Assembly: GCA_051362555.1 (NCBI GenBank)
Contig: CM120641.1
Coordinates: 19,778,001 to 19,842,000, forward strand
DNA: 64,000 nucleotides
Direction of reading: 5' to 3'
From: Lingula anatina
Lineage: Eukaryota; Animalia; Brachiopoda
The notes below the pieces were generated by a model. That model was not told where the DNA came from and did no database searches. It saw nothing but the letters and a program-made list of their open reading frames with translations. Positions 1-22,615 of this stretch are shown piece by piece (position 1 is the stretch's first letter; every line of letters starts with the position of its first letter). Position numbers and translations under genes: made by a program.

Positions 1-127
1 TACAGCATGCAGATTCTGCTTCTGTCTTGAAATCATAAAACATTGCTAGTTAGATGATCCATTTGAGCTCTAAACATGGTATTATAATTTGTCTTGTACA
101 AAAAAAAAAAAAAAATGACATACCTAA

Positions 128-1864
<1,737 letters not shown>

Positions 1865-2913
1865 TTTAAAAACGAGAGTTTTGAGATCGGTCAAATGTAC
1901 TTCCAGTTGTGCACAGCTTACTGGATAGCTTTAGCTAGCATTGCTGAAGATTTTATTCAGCTGAGAGATTGTCAGTTTCAGATAAAACATGCCACTACAG
2001 CTGTAAAGATTGATGTGAAAAGGCTTAAATCACCCTTGACATGGTCAGAGGGAAAAAAATCGATGTTAGGGAATAAGACATAAGTAGTTGGCAAAATTAT
2101 AAAAGAGCCACAGAGATCATTTAGTATCCTTAGCATTGCACCCAAATATTTGTTACTACAGCTGATGTCTTAGAAGGTAACTGTAACCATGCTAGATGTC
2201 AAAAGATGGGTGGTTAACTGATGAATTGTGCATAGAAAAAGTTCTTATGCAAGAAAATGAATTAAACGTGTGGAAATGCTGGTACTTCTCATCACTGGAC
2301 CTTGTTTTGGTAGCTTTATTGTACCACAGTGTTAGCACTGCGTGTGTACATGGTTTTACCCTGCATGTCAACAGATGGGAGTCGCCATAACCACATCTCA
2401 TAAACTACAAAAACCTGTGTCCTACTTTACGAACCTAGGTCACACCTGATCTCAAATTGGGTCCCCTACATTTTTGGTTCTATTTTCGCATTTGCATAGG
2501 TGTAACACTTGTTGCAATGCACTGTTGTCAAAATTTTTCAAAATGCAAAATGTCTCCAAAATGTTAAAGTAATATGGGAAAAATTACTTCGTCTTTTTTT
2601 TTTGGGTGGGGGAGGGGGGGCTTGACATGAAATTCATTGCATTTTATTTAAATGGTGAAATTATCAATAGACCCACATCCATCTGGAAATCGTAATTTTT
2701 GCTGTAACAAACACGCCCCTCCCCAGATGACTTCTCCATTCATTGCAATAGTCAGTCACACCCCTAAAATTATTTTTTCCTGTAAAAAAAAAAAACTACT
2801 GAAAATGTGATTAAAAATATACTGAATAATAACAAAGACAACATTTTATTCATTAAATTGCAAGGGTTAATAGTACATAAAAAGTGAAGAAAAATCTACT
2901 TTGATGCAAATGT

Positions 2914-4145
2914 AAAATTGGCACATTCAGAAGTAAATCAAATTTACAACCATGACTTGGGGGAAATTGAAAAGAGAACATCTTGAATTCAAACAGTGTC
3001 TTGACAACTCTTGTGAAATTCCATTTAAAAGTTAAATTGTAACAGTTAAATATTAAAATATGAAATTAAAAAGCAAAATTGTCACATAGAGAAGTAAATC
3101 GAATTTGCAACCATGACTTGGGGGGAATTGGAAAGAGAACATCTTGAATTCAAACAATGTCTTACCAGACTTCTTAAAAAGTAAACTTGTAACAGTTAAA
3201 TATTGAAATATGAAATTAAAAAGCAAAATTGTCACAAAGAGAAGTAAATCGAATTTGCAACCATGACATGGGGGAATTGGAAAGAGAACATCTTGAATTC
3301 AAACAATGTCTTACCAGACTTCTTAAAAAGTAAACTTGTAACAGTTAAATATTGAAATATGAAATTAAAAAGCAACATTTGCACATAGAAAAGTAAATCG
3401 AATTTGCAACCATGACTTGGGGGAATTGGAAAGAGAACATCTTGAATTCAAACAATGTCTTACCAGACTTCTTAAAAAGTAAACTTGTAACAGTTAAATA
3501 TTGAAATATGAAATTAAAAAACAAAATTGGCACAGAGAAAAGTAAATCGAATTTGCAACCATGGCTTGGGCGAATTGGAAAGAGAACATCTTGAATTCGA
3601 ACAATGTCTTAACAGACTCTTGTGAGATTCCATTAAAAAGTTAACTTGTATCAGTTAAATATTGAAATATGAAATTAAAAAGCAAAATTGGCACATACAG
3701 AAGTAAGTCAAATTTACAATCATGACTTGTGAGAATCGGAAAGAGAACATCTTGAATTCAAACAATGTCTTACCAGTCTTCTTAAAAAGTAAACTTGTAA
3801 CAGTTAAATATTGATATATGAAATTAAAAAGCAAAATTGGCACATACAAAAGTAAATGGAATTTACAACCATGACTTGGGAGAATAGGAAAGAGAACACC
3901 TTGAATTCAAACAATGTCTCAACAGACTTGTGAGATTCCATTAAAAAGTTAACTTGTATCAGTTAAATACTGAAATACAAAATTTAAAAGCAAAATTGGC
4001 ACATACAGAAGCAAGTCAAATTTACAATCATGACTTTGGAAAATAGGAAAGAGAACACCTTGAATTCAAACAATGTCTTGACAGAATCTTGTGAGATTCC
4101 ATTCAAAAGTAAACTTGTATCAGTTAAATATTTAAATATTAAACA
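2914..4145. repeat. Tandem array of 8 units of ~149-161 bp
   Basis: The unit start aaaattg(g/t)caca (aacatttgcaca in one copy) recurs at about 2914, 3075, 3225, 3374, 3523, 3684, 3833 and 3992, with a shared core gaaagagaaca(t/c)cttgaattcaaacaatgtctt. Short units carry ttcttaaaaag and long units carry tcttgtgagattccattaaaaag. Confidence 0.95.
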
Positions 4146-4217
4146 AAAGTATGAGTGCACATACTTAAAACATTGCTTGGGCAGTGTAAACAATGTTAAA
4201 AATTCTAATTTAGAATT

Positions 4218-7200
4218 CTAAATAACCGTCACTGTTACATCTACAGACTGAGTGTCAGAGCTTGGTCTCCCTAAGTCACTAGCATTATTATCGCTATTTG
4301 ACACCACCGAATTACCAACTGTATTGGCTGAGCTTATAACACTGTCTCCACCCTCTCCTTCCCTATTGGAGCTATTTTGGGATGCATTTTCCTGAACTGG
4401 GTCATTTTCTGCATAAGGTGGTGGCTGAGCATAAGGGGGAGGTGGATCAAAGGGGATTGGCACGGTTCCTGGGGGCATAGGAACAAAATGAGAAAACCCG
4501 GCAAAGAAATGCATCCACCCAAATGGTTCTGCTTCAATGTCAGATTGTGGCAGTTGGGCCAGAGGTAATGTGCCAAGATGTGACTGTGGAACTGTGCTAT
4601 GAAAACTACTTGATCTATTCAACCTTCTTCCAAATCTGTTATGACTTGAGGTTGCATGACGTTGCAAAACTCGTTGGGCATTATCTGCTGCTCCAACACT
4701 GGCTCCTCTTCTAAGTGGTCTTGGAGGCAGACGTGAAGCATTAGTTGCTGGTAACCTAGGAATGGGACAAGATGGGAGTGTGTCGGACGGATTTCTCGAT
4801 CTTTGCAATGGATGGGGAGGTAAAGGTTCATGGCAGGATGGCAAACGCTGGAATGGTTGAGCTGGTAAAATATAGCCCCCACTGCATATAAGGGGAAAAT
4901 TTCCATAATATGGATAACCTAAGTCATACACATTGGAATTTGTTGTAACTGGACTACCATAAGAATTTTGATGGACATTTTCAACAGAGGCATTTCTTAA
5001 TCCACTCGGAGCATTTTCTCCATCAGTTGGACCAGTGTTTTCACTACCAGTGCGGACTAGACTTTCACTTCGACGTACTCCCAACAGGCGTAACTGGGGT
5101 TCCCCAGGGAGCATGATTCTACGACTAAAGGGGCCACTGACAGGGGGACTAGCTGAAGGGTTGGTACCCTGCATAGCACCACATCTTGATACTTGGGACG
5201 GACTTCCTGTGATGGACCTCTCTTGGGAACAGTTCCTGACATTTTCGTTTTGTTCTTCACAACTTGGAAAGTAGTATTCTTCCTGTAACAGGAAAAAATG
5301 GGGTCACGTTACATTTTATCTGGAATTTATTATACATTGTGATAGACTTTAACAGGGGTTTTCTTTGAAAAAAAAATCTTCATATTATTTTCATAAACTG
5401 CATGTATTTCTAAGCATTTGTATAAAATATATTCTCAATCACAATTAAAGTCATTCCAAAGGAATTGTTCCCTGTTTGCCTTACTGATTAACAAAGTATA
5501 ACTAGCAACCGGTGACAGTCTACGAAAGATACCAGATACTGATGAGAATTCAGGGCTTATACTAGCACAATTTTAAAATACGTAAGTTTTCACCTAATCA
5601 AGGGTAAATTGGCTTAAAAACTATAACATTTTCTGCATTTTTAGGCAGTTAGGTAATCTTAAGCTATTTGGGAAGCAGATAGCATGACTAGTGTTTATCA
5701 AGTGGTTCACATGTGCAACAATGCTTACCCTGTAAGAAGTCACAATCCCTTTGATTAAGAGTTGATATTTTGTCTCACGTGTAAAAACACGTTTAGTCTC
5801 TCTAGAAACGATTTACTTCTTTGAACTATATTTACACAAAAGACAATGAAACCTCCCATCTCACCAAACCTTTACCTCGTAATGTTTTTGTCTCTCCTTC
5901 TCTGTTCTAAACACTACCAAACTGAGATGTATGCCAAGAATCCCCAGAAGTGTACCTGCAGTGTACAGGGCACACAGAGCATACATGAAGTCCACCAAGT
6001 TGTGCTGTATAACACCACAGTTTGGAGCATTGTAGAAGAAGTATTCAGATTCCTCTGAAGAGATAAAAGGGATTTTTTTTACATTTATCCTATTGCCTGA
6101 TCCAAACATTTGAAAGATGCCATGAATCAGTTTTTAACGGCCTTAACAACTGTATTTTTTATTTTTATTTTTTAAAATATTACCATTAAAAGCTGAATAA
6201 ATGATTTGTGAAAATTATAAATAATGAAAGCAATACTTCTTTCAGAAATATGTATCATTCTGCAAAGTGTCAAGACATCTATGTGTAAAAACATTAAGTA
6301 TATAATATTCTTCACCATGTAGTACCAAGTTCACTTTGAAAGAAAAAAAGAATGTTAGTCAAAAAAATTATATCCATATATACATGTTTGCATGAGTCAT
6401 AAAAAAGTTAAAGCTACAAAATAACTACCTGGTTACAGGAAAAACTGTATAATATACTATAGGAGTACAAGTTAATAAAACTTACCTGTATAATCTGTAA
6501 CATTCTTTCTCCACACATAACAATGACACATGGTCTGCTTGGCACTATACACGCAGCGACTGAAGCTGGTCAAGGAGATAATAGTCTTGAAGCCAGTGGT
6601 CAAGCCCGACACAGAGTGCATCACTGTACAGGCGCTGCAGAACATGATCACAGTGCATACCTGGAGAGGAGACAATTAATTTAATTTTTGTACCATACAT
6701 ATAAAATAATAATATTTATTGAGGTCAGTGGAAACCATGCATGTACCAAACATGAAAACTTTACCTACTGAGTACATATGATAGATCAAAGAGTCTATCA
6801 AAATATCCATAAGCACGAAAACTAATTATGATGCGACCTCTATATATTAACTAATTACAGACCAGCACATTCAAATGACTTCTGAGTGGGAACATGGTTA
6901 GGTGGGAAGAATATTGATTCCATATGGTCTTTTTATTGTTGTTATAAAAATGGCAACACTTTTTCATGCTAAGGTGCATAATACATGAAGTGTTCTCAAT
7001 ATATGCATTAAGCTTTACTTTGACCATTTCTGCATTTTAAGTATAGGTTTACATCCCCCACCAAGGTGACATGGTCACCACCACACCCATCAACCTATAT
7101 ATTCCTTTGCTGTAACACCTGGTAAGACCAATTATCAATATCCCAAAGGAGCGACAACTAACAGGTTATTGATTGGTTTGCATAAAGGAGTATACACTGG

Positions 7201-8200
7201 ATGTAAATTGAAGAAAAATGTTTCTACCTAAGCACTGTGTAGCAAAACTATCATTGGATTGGTAAAACAAGTTTTTTTATTTTTTAGTCTAAAATTGATA
7301 AATAATTAATACCCTTTTTGATATAATGAGAAGTAGAAGATTGAAATTTTAAATCAATATTTCCCTAATGTGCATCAAGTACTTCTTAAATTCTGCTGTT
7401 CCAGGGATTTATGACAGTCACTGAATATGATTTCTTTGAACTATAGGCTTCCTAATGAAGGACACCTGACTAAAATTTTTATGCTCAGAGTGACAAGATT
7501 ATTGATTGGACAGTAGATTTAATCCCACTTCAGAAAGGCAGTCTTTTGCAAGGCACGCAAGAATGTAGTGAATTATTCATCTTTACTTCTACTCAATCAC
7601 GAAGAGAATTTTTGGATGAACATGCAAAAAAACTGAATGGTCCCAAGAAATATGGCAACATGCTTGTTGTGAAATAATTATATTATAAATACCAATATAC
7701 CCAGAGTAAAATTAATACATAATATCTGTAACTTCAGAATTAACCAGGCTTGTGACAATAAGGGAAATGCATGTGTATGTGACCATGTGTTTGCGTGTGT
7801 GCTCATGCAGGCAGGCGAGGAGCTTTGAAGTTATTTTAGGAACAGACTTAGATGGTCTTCTTGGTCTTTTGGAGGAATGACACATTTATTATTTGTTTTC
7901 AAAATTTCCCAACTGTGTTGGCTCTGGAAGACTGTCATCCTAGATGGCCAGATCAGTTCCTGGGTGTGAACATGTATATGCAACGGCAGGGCACATCAGG
8001 CAGCTTTTATTATGATGTGCATCCTTCTCCAGCTCCGAAAATACAGCACAATGATTGAAATGAGACAAGTCAGTCAAATTTTCAATGCCTGTGCCCCACA
8101 ACATATTATAGTCTGTTGTAAATATATGTGATAAGAAAAACAGAAAAAAATCATTTTTGTGCTCCTCTTTGGTACAATCCAGGATCCAGTTTATTTATAC

Positions 8201-8242
<42 letters not shown>

Positions 8243-10332
8243 ATGTCTGTTTGAAGGGACCCCAGATAATACATAAATTATTAAGACTCATTCCACATAA
8301 GATAACAAACACCAGCTATGACTGTGCAGTTTGCCACACCAAAGTTCAAGTTCACCATTGCAACTCGTTATCTTTACATAAGAAACCTTTGACTCTTTAT
8401 CACAAGGTGTTATGTCTTTCTGATATAATGCACTGGATATAACTTGAAAGATATTAATAATGCACTGACACTGGTACATTTTACAACCGAATATCATGAA
8501 GATTCTTTTTACACTATAATGGTAAGCTCCCCACACAATTTCATCAATTTGTGTCATTGCACTTGGGTAATATTTTAACATGTAGGGTCATGCTGCAAGA
8601 ATTTTGACCTTGACATATATATATAAATATATATGATTTTAACAATATACAGAACAAATTGTACTTACCACTATTTTATTTCTCCTTTTGTTTAGCAAAA
8701 TCACAAAAGTGCCAGCACAGAATGCCTATAATATAAATGAAAGTGAAACCACATCAATGTTACAGTTAAAATTAATTAACAAAAATATTCAAAATAATTT
8801 CTGCCTCACAATAAAAAAGCCTTTTCTAATTCAAATATAAACAAACACAGGGGTGTCATTACTAACCAAGAATCTAGATCTATTTGATATATATTTCTTA
8901 GGACTCGAAACATTGTAGTGTTTTTAAAGAGTGTATGAGAAGATCCTTAGCTTAATTGTGCTGATATATAGGAAGAACATCTAAAAACAAATAGAGTTTA
9001 AATATTAGACTGTCACTTGCAGTTTAACTAAAAGAGAGAGACAGAGAAAGACAGTACTGACCAGCCTGAAATTTCCATCATTTTTGCAATTATTTGCAAA
9101 TCATTTAACTTTAACATAAATTCAAGTCTCGCTGTGTATCACAACCATGAATCCCCTCCCAACATAATCTTAATATCAAATATTCATGAAATAACTGTTA
9201 AACATAATATGTAGCAGCACAAAAAAAAAAAAAAAACTCCACTACCCATGTGACTTGAATATATAGAATTAAAAGGTGTGTCATCATTTCTAAGTAACTG
9301 TGCAAGCCTTTCAAAACCAACTCTTATCACATGATGGCTTACTTGACATGAAATATGTTGTTAATTTCAACACGAGGTCTGTTAATCATTTACTTCAAGC
9401 ACACATGTGACATGAAGAGATATTATTGAAATCTTTGAGTATACTTGTACTACATGTACTTAGAAGCACCCACAGTGCAGAGCACCATTTTGATAACAGC
9501 AGTTATTTATAATCAGAAATGTGATGCTGTATCCAAATTTAGAGTTTTAACTATCAAATGCTCTCGGTATTGAAGCTATGAATACATCATCTTCTTCCCT
9601 ATTATTCAGCACAATAAAATAAACAGTACTAGTAATGTATATCTGGTACAATAAAGAAGGTACAAGAGCAGATACTGTGATTTCTAATGTAACTTGCTAT
9701 CATGCTTCTTTTACATGATCATTCATGTTCACAAATGCTTTACACATATAGTGCACATGTACAGCAGATGTGGGAAGCATGTATATATATATATATATGC
9801 ATTCCCACTAAACAGGTGGCTGTGCACCTGATGATAAGGTTAAATAAGCTGTCATACAACACAAGCATGGAAATGATTGGTGCATGGCTTTGTCATGCAT
9901 CTATAAACTTTTGAGGTGCATGCTTTCATCAGTTATTCTTAAAAGCATGACCTTGCAATATACTTGTACATTTTCTTCACAATCTTATCTTATATGCAAG
10001 TGTCATCCTTACATGTACTGTGTACAGGTACTGAGATCATGCCAAATGAATAAATAAACTTCCTTACTATGTTAATATTTTCTAAACACCTGATTAAAGC
10101 AATATCAGCATCATTATATAAAGTGTCCACTTACTATGATGGCATTAGCATAGGTTGGAATGGTCTCAGTATACTGGAGTGATGTGGTCAGCGCCCTGAC
10201 ACTGAAATACACCACTCCCAACATAAACCCTACCACAATGTCAGCCACACCAAACATTAGGTACACCCAAAGCTTCTCTATGCACCCATGATAGCTGCAG
10301 TTACAGCGGTTCCTTGTATGATGACCTGGCAT
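4218..10332 (-). CDS. Four-transmembrane protein (CD20-like / TMEM255 / FAM189(ENTREP) / Sanpodo-like architecture) with a long disordered tail ending in tandem PPxY motifs
   Basis: Exons 10332-10135, 8725-8669, 6660-6486, 6054-5876 and 5282-4218 splice in frame. The protein has four hydrophobic segments, a Cys-rich loop between TM3 and TM4 (SRCVYSAKQTMCHCY...FYNAPNCGVIQHNL) and FDPPPPYAQPPPYAE near the C-terminus. Family assignment is by architecture only. Confidence 0.75.
8205..8241. repeat. (GT)n microsatellite
   Basis: Read directly. Other microsatellites: (TAT)n ~911-938, (GT)/(AG) ~1177-1210, (TTTA)n ~14348-14396, (TAG)n ~27568-27593, (TA)n(GA)n ~31962-32018 and (TAA)n ~36255-36287. 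Confidence 0.95.
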
Positions 10333-10624
10333 GTTTCATTCCTCAGAGCAGTACTAGTGCCGAAAATGGAAGAAGGGGAAATTTAACAGACGCGGCATGC
10401 AGCAGTGGATTTTAATTTCCCCCAAACTTTGCCGCCGTGTTACTGCAGTAAGATTATACCGCAAATGTCAGTATCGCAGAACCAAAACCTGGAGACATAC
10501 TGCTAAAAGGTGCATGGCGTTGTGCCCCACCTTGGTATTTACAGGCAATGCTAAATATCGGAAAGGGCAATGAAAAATATCGATAAATTCTCCGTCGCCT
10601 CATTCCTTCCCACTGCACATCAAT

Positions 10625-10680
10625 GTTGTTGTTTACAATGGAGATCTCGCAAAATCTCGCGCGACTTTCCTTTCCGCGAA
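10625..10680. promoter_or_regulatory. Probable promoter of the four-TM gene: TCTCGCGAGA-like motifs plus a forkhead-like site
   Basis: tctcgc (10645) and tctcgcgcga (10655-10664) sit in a locally CpG-rich patch with ttgtttac at 10629, about 300 bp upstream of the minus-strand ATG. Confidence 0.4.
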
Positions 10681-11429
10681 ATATGGATGTATAGTTTTGT
10701 GTCCTTTTTGCTTTTTACATTCCAGGAAATATATTTAGATTTTCCATGTGTCCATATATGTTTTATTTTTATTATGTATAACAGAAAATAAATTTTAGAT
10801 GGCCTTCAAAATATTTGCCGGGTTTTTGCGTGGGTACATATCTCAGTTATCGTGATATAAATGAACAAGGTGGAATAAAATGTGAATGGCACTAGAATAG
10901 GAAGTTGCAAACAACACCGCTGTAGTTAAGCCAACAGAAAAATGACAGGAAAAGATTAAGATCACTTTCATAAATTCCAAATCCCGAGCTGGCCCCCTAC
11001 CCCTAACTCGCATAACATCACCGACATACATGTAGGCCTACACTGTACTGTAGGCCTACATGTATTTGTCTCATTTGGGTTGTAGGTCCACGCCCTTTCT
11101 TTTTTTTTAATGATTTTGATTTGAATTTAATCAGTCTGGACTTGTACACGTAAATGTACTTGCCTGGCTCTTAGTCTACTATCGGACAACACATACTGCA
11201 CAATATCTCTTTATGACACTTGAAATAGGTAAGAACGGATATTTTGAACAACAATTAAATTGGCATTGTGATTCTTATTAGGCCTACATATGTAGGCTTA
11301 TAACATAGGCCCATGCATAAACACTGCATGACCAGCGGTCAAAGATTAAGCATGCCTTATAAGCATTGTGCGCTCGAAACCAACACCACAGATTATTACA
11401 ACACGCGCTCACTTTACTCTCTTTGGCGA

Positions 11430-11618
11430 ATCCTTATCAGATATTGACTTTAAGTGAATGAGGTAGCAGCAGGTGACAGTCACGGGACAGCCACTGTAGT
11501 TCGCCAGGGGACTATAAATGTGCGCTAACCGCAAGGTAGAACCACTACTTTAGCAAGACTCCAGGTCCAGCAAGTTTCACTGAACAGTTTACCAGACAAC
11601 TCTTCACTCACAAACAAG
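11430..11618 (+). promoter_or_regulatory. Cathepsin L copy 1 promoter and non-coding first exon
   Basis: GATA site (cttatc 11433), caggtgac (11470), TATAAA (11513-11518) and donor aag|gtaagc at 11618/11619. The next acceptor directly precedes the ATG. Confidence 0.65.
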
Positions 11619-11851
11619 GTAAGCAGAAATCTGTAGGCCTATGCTTGTAAAGACTGAGTTCCTCCACATAAGTTTACTTTCTTTTAAATTTCTGACTACA
11701 TTGTTCGTGTTAAAGATCATACATGAGAATTCGAGTCTTGCGTTATTTTTTCCTGCTTTTTTGTTCTCATTTACTTACTTTTACGTTAGTAATGAATTGT
11801 AGTTGACTCTAGAATCTATATATTTCTTTATTTAAATTTCATTGTTTTCAG

Positions 11852-14901
<3,050 letters not shown>

Positions 14902-16400
14902 ATATTCGGGATTCTTCTTAAAAAGAAGTCTCGATTCTATATATTTAAGATCTCATGTTGTAGATGGAACTGTGGACTGATGGAATAATTTGAATCGTGA
15001 ATATTGCAAGAGTGGATTGGGATGATTAGTTGATTCGGAAAACAACTTGTCTGTTAAATCAGCAAAACTGTGATACGAACAATTCTGGAAAAGAAATCAG
15101 GCGATTCAGATTTCATCATTGATATATAAGATCTGTAAATGTAGAAATCATTGGTACAGTGGCACAATGGAAGAATTTGCTACATTTACATGAGTATTGT
15201 GTTCATTGCAGTTCTTGAACTCTTCGTATATTCATATCTTTAATAAATCTGATAGCCTGGACATAATGTATTACTGTTTTGATACTTGAATTATTATTAT
15301 TTTGTGATATAAATAAACGAAAATTTTAAGTTTTAATAATTTGTCTTCTCTTGTTTTAACCAAACTATATTTGAAATGCACAAAAGCATGAGTAAGTAGG
15401 ACCATAAGCTGAGAAAAAAATTATAGGTGTGTGGGGGGTCGGGGGGGGGGTTGAGTTGAAGATTGCATTTAATGCATTCAAAGATAAAGGTGAAAGTGAG
15501 TAAAAAAGGGGGTGAATCTTAAAGGAGTTGCGACACTTTAACAGAATGGCTTGAACGATGCATATCCTTCAGAATACCTGCCCAACTAACGTTTCCTTTA
15601 TCAAACTATACAAATTGAAATTTGGTTTTGCAAATATCGAGCTTTTATAATGCGTCCTTTCACTAGGGCCGGAAGTTAACTTGCTGCACGGTCACGTGGT
15701 CGAGTGACGTATTACAAAGTAAAATGTTGTATTGATGCCGCCTGAATGGCGAGGGAGCTGGCACGTTGAGCTATCAACTCAGCTGTCATTGTGTACCTCT
15801 TGGGTGAGTTTCCAAACCCCGTTAACGACTCATGGCCATTCCCCTTTTCTTGAGCGGTCAAAGCCTCGTGTAGTGATGTAAAGCCTCTTACCTGTCTATT
15901 ATATTCAAGACTATCCGTGCTAATATAAAACCACGTGGTCGGAAAACATCAGAGCATTTTACTCATTCTCAATTCGCGATGGCAAACATAGCTGCGCATC
16001 TAAAAAATTGGCATTACCAGTTTGAGCCCACTTTTCAATGTATTTCACATGTCGACAGTCATGACAAATCTGAGGTTGACGGAGGGGATTGCTCTGCAGA
16101 CGAGGAGTATGTCGAGTATGATCGATATCCACGTCTAGAATAATATTGAATAGGGGGAATGTGCCTTATTTATAGTTAATTAACACTCGTAAACAAAAGT
16201 GAAATATTTTTTATTTATTTGTTGATGCTGGAATTTTAAATTTTTAGACCTAATAATAATTCAAGTCTTAATACTGCTCAAAATTGCTTTTTTTTTTCAA
16301 AAAAATCGCATTGGAAGGAGTCCTGCACTTGTAAGTCGACAAATCCAAACCGACATCGTTTTCTTTAATGTAAATAAATATCATACAAAACACAGTCACT

Positions 16401-16653
16401 CAGGGGCGGGTCCAGGATTATTTTAAGGGGGGGGGGGGGTCCGCGAATATGAAGCCCCCCCCCCCCCCCCCCGAAGGGCCCCGAAAATATTTGGTATTTT
16501 AGATGGCGAACGGTGCCATTTGGAACGGTTTAGTATTAAAAATCAGCTAGTCAAAATTTTAATTCCAAGAGGGGGAATATTGGTGTGATTTTTTTAAGAA
16601 ACCGAAGGGGGGGGTCAGGACCCCCTGACCCTCCCCCTCTAAATCTGCCACTG
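16401..16653. mobile_element. Non-autonomous DNA transposon (MITE, hAT-like ends)
   Basis: Imperfect TIRs caggggcgggtccagg ... ctctaaatctgccactg, poly-G/poly-C interior, flanked by gtcact/gtcatt. It is absent from the paralogous intergenic copy near 22875. Confidence 0.7.
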
Positions 16654-17289
16654 GTCATTTATCTCTTTATGATGTTCTTTTCAAAAAAAAAAAAAAAAGA
16701 ATTCCAGGTTTGTATGGGGTTCATGTCAGTCGATGCCCAACATTAATTGTAATGTAGACGCTGTCGCCAACTGAGACATTTAGAGGATAAAATAGCCTGA
16801 TTAAAGAGAACATATACGAGATTTTTTTCTCGAAAAATAAAATACGGTTGACGAATTCCCTTAGCGTCCTCAAAATACTTAACGATTTTTTCAACCTCGG
16901 AAATAAACGGTTTTAAAATTACTGTTAAAAAAACAAACACTTATTGGCCTGTGCCGAGTGAAAAATCTCTTAACTTCATGTTCTTAAAACCAAGGACTTG
17001 TGATGAAGAATCATTACAAGTCCGTGTCAAAACGAAGATAAAAAAATTAACTTTGTGATATAAAATCATGTGAAATTTAGTAATTGATAACGATTTTGCT
17101 GTCTCTTTAAAATTTAAATGATTAGGTTTCGGTTAAAATATTAGGCTACTAATTTCCTAAACTGAAAAAAAACCCGGAAAAAAAACATTTTCTTGGCCAT
17201 TAAACATTTACTCCGTTACATTTCGTAATGGTCATGAAAGAAAGAAAACATTTGTTGAAACAATATATTTCTTCATACTGCGTCAGTTA

Positions 17290-17440
17290 GGGGTAACGTG
17301 ACCGTTTAAGATAAGCGTCTCAGTCACCTGAACATCATTTGACCTGCTAAGATGAAATATAAATAAGGACAGCCAGAATTACAGAAACATATTTTAGTTC
17401 TTTTTCGCACCTGGCAACATCTCTACCTCACAGTAACAAG
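17290..17440 (+). promoter_or_regulatory. Cathepsin L copy 2 promoter and non-coding first exon
   Basis: agataag (17309), gtcacctga (17323), TATAAA (17358) and donor aag|gtaatt at 17440. Nearly identical to 23778-23925. Confidence 0.65.
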
Positions 17441-17585
17441 GTAATTGTTGCAGTGTTAGATATTACTGAGATATTTCTATATCCTAGCATAGTGTGCATG
17501 AATGCCAAATTGCAAAACCGCCTTTAAATTGTTTGGGACTTTAAGAGATAACATCGATTTTCTGGGATCTAATATTTGCTTTCAG

Positions 17586-21404
<3,819 letters not shown>

Positions 21405-22406
21405 ATATTGGAACCTTTTGAATTGTGAACGTTGCAGTAGTGGGTTTGGATGGTTAATTCATTCGGAGAAAAACTTGTCTGTTAAGTCAACACATTGTGA
21501 TTTAAAAAATTCTGAAAAAGAGATGGTGATGCACGCTTCGTCACTGATGTATAGGATTTGTAGAAATCATTGGTAGGCCTACTACATGTATGTACCGGGG
21601 TAGGTAGGCCCTACATGTACCTACGGTCGAAGAATTTGCTGCCTCAGCATCGTGTTACGTGCAGTCCTTGAACTGTTTGCATCTTCATAGCACAAATAAA
21701 TCAGACAGATACTTTCACTGTTTTGATACTTGAATTATTGTTATTCTGATATATAAAAAAGGAAAATAAAAGTTCTATGATAGTTTCTCTTCTGTTGTTA
21801 AAAGTAACGGCAAATATATTCGAAATGCACAAAAGCACGAGGATTCCGAGAGCAGAATCGAAATATATGCCGAGGAAAATGCTGGGGGGGGGGGGAGTGT
21901 TAAAGATCATAAATTAATGTAAATAAATCCAAACATAGGGCCTTCCGACTAAAAAGAGGAAAGGTGTGGGGGTAATCAGATTGAGTAGGCCTAATGTATT
22001 AGGTGAAACTGCCGCCTGAGAGGCGACGGAGCTGGCACGTTAAGCTATCAAACTGTGCGGTGATTGTAAACATTCAGTTTTTCTTACCTAAGTGGTCAAA
22101 ATCCTCATGTAGCCATTTGAAGTCACTTTCCTGTCTTTTCAGTTCTTAAACAAGCATTAGATTACAAATATCCGTGCTAGTATGAAATCATTCCAAATTT
22201 CATTCATTCCAAATTTTCGATGGAAGACATAGGGCCTATCTGGGGATCTAGAAAATTTGCATTACCAGTTTAAGCCCACGATACGCTATTCAATGGATTG
22301 ACGTGAACAGTCAATACCACGACAGTCATGAATAATCTGAGGTTGAGAGTACTTCTCTTCAGGCGAGGAGTATGCTGAGAATGATCGATAAACCATCCGA
22401 GTCTAG

Positions 22407-22615
22407 GGGTGCATTCGCAGAGATTTAGATCGATCCAGAGATTTAGATTTAGATCGACCTAACTCCCTGGGGGTTCACGCTAAATTGCAGTCAGCCGAGC
22501 GCGCACCTTACAGCTTTTAGTAGGCGGGATAGACGCTTAAGCCGGCTAAGCTGACAATAATCTAGTGAGACTCCCCACAGGGATAGATCAATCTAAAATC
22601 TATGGGAATGGGATC
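22407..22615. mobile_element. PIF/Harbinger (Tourist-like) MITE, family copy A
   Basis: Imperfect TIRs (gggtgcattcgcagagattt / aaatctatgggaatgggatc), 3-bp TSD TAG, and an empty site tctagaataata at ~16134 in the paralogous intergenic segment. A second family member lies at 39669. Confidence 0.75.

Noticed and set aside
2914-4145. Regular repeats as a CRISPR array or coding repeat (ORFs 3053-4221)
   Set aside because: Whole units repeat with no unique spacers, the context is eukaryotic, and there are no cas genes. The ORFs are by-products of the repeat.
5729-5801. Possible extra exon of the four-TM gene (good gtaag donor at 5728)
   Set aside because: The best acceptors give immediate or early stops, and only a weak AG keeps frame. 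The flanking exons already join in frame without it.
15519-17110. Kolobok-like element bounded by TTAA
   Set aside because: The ends (aggagttgcgaca / tgctgtctct) match too poorly to call TIRs by eye.
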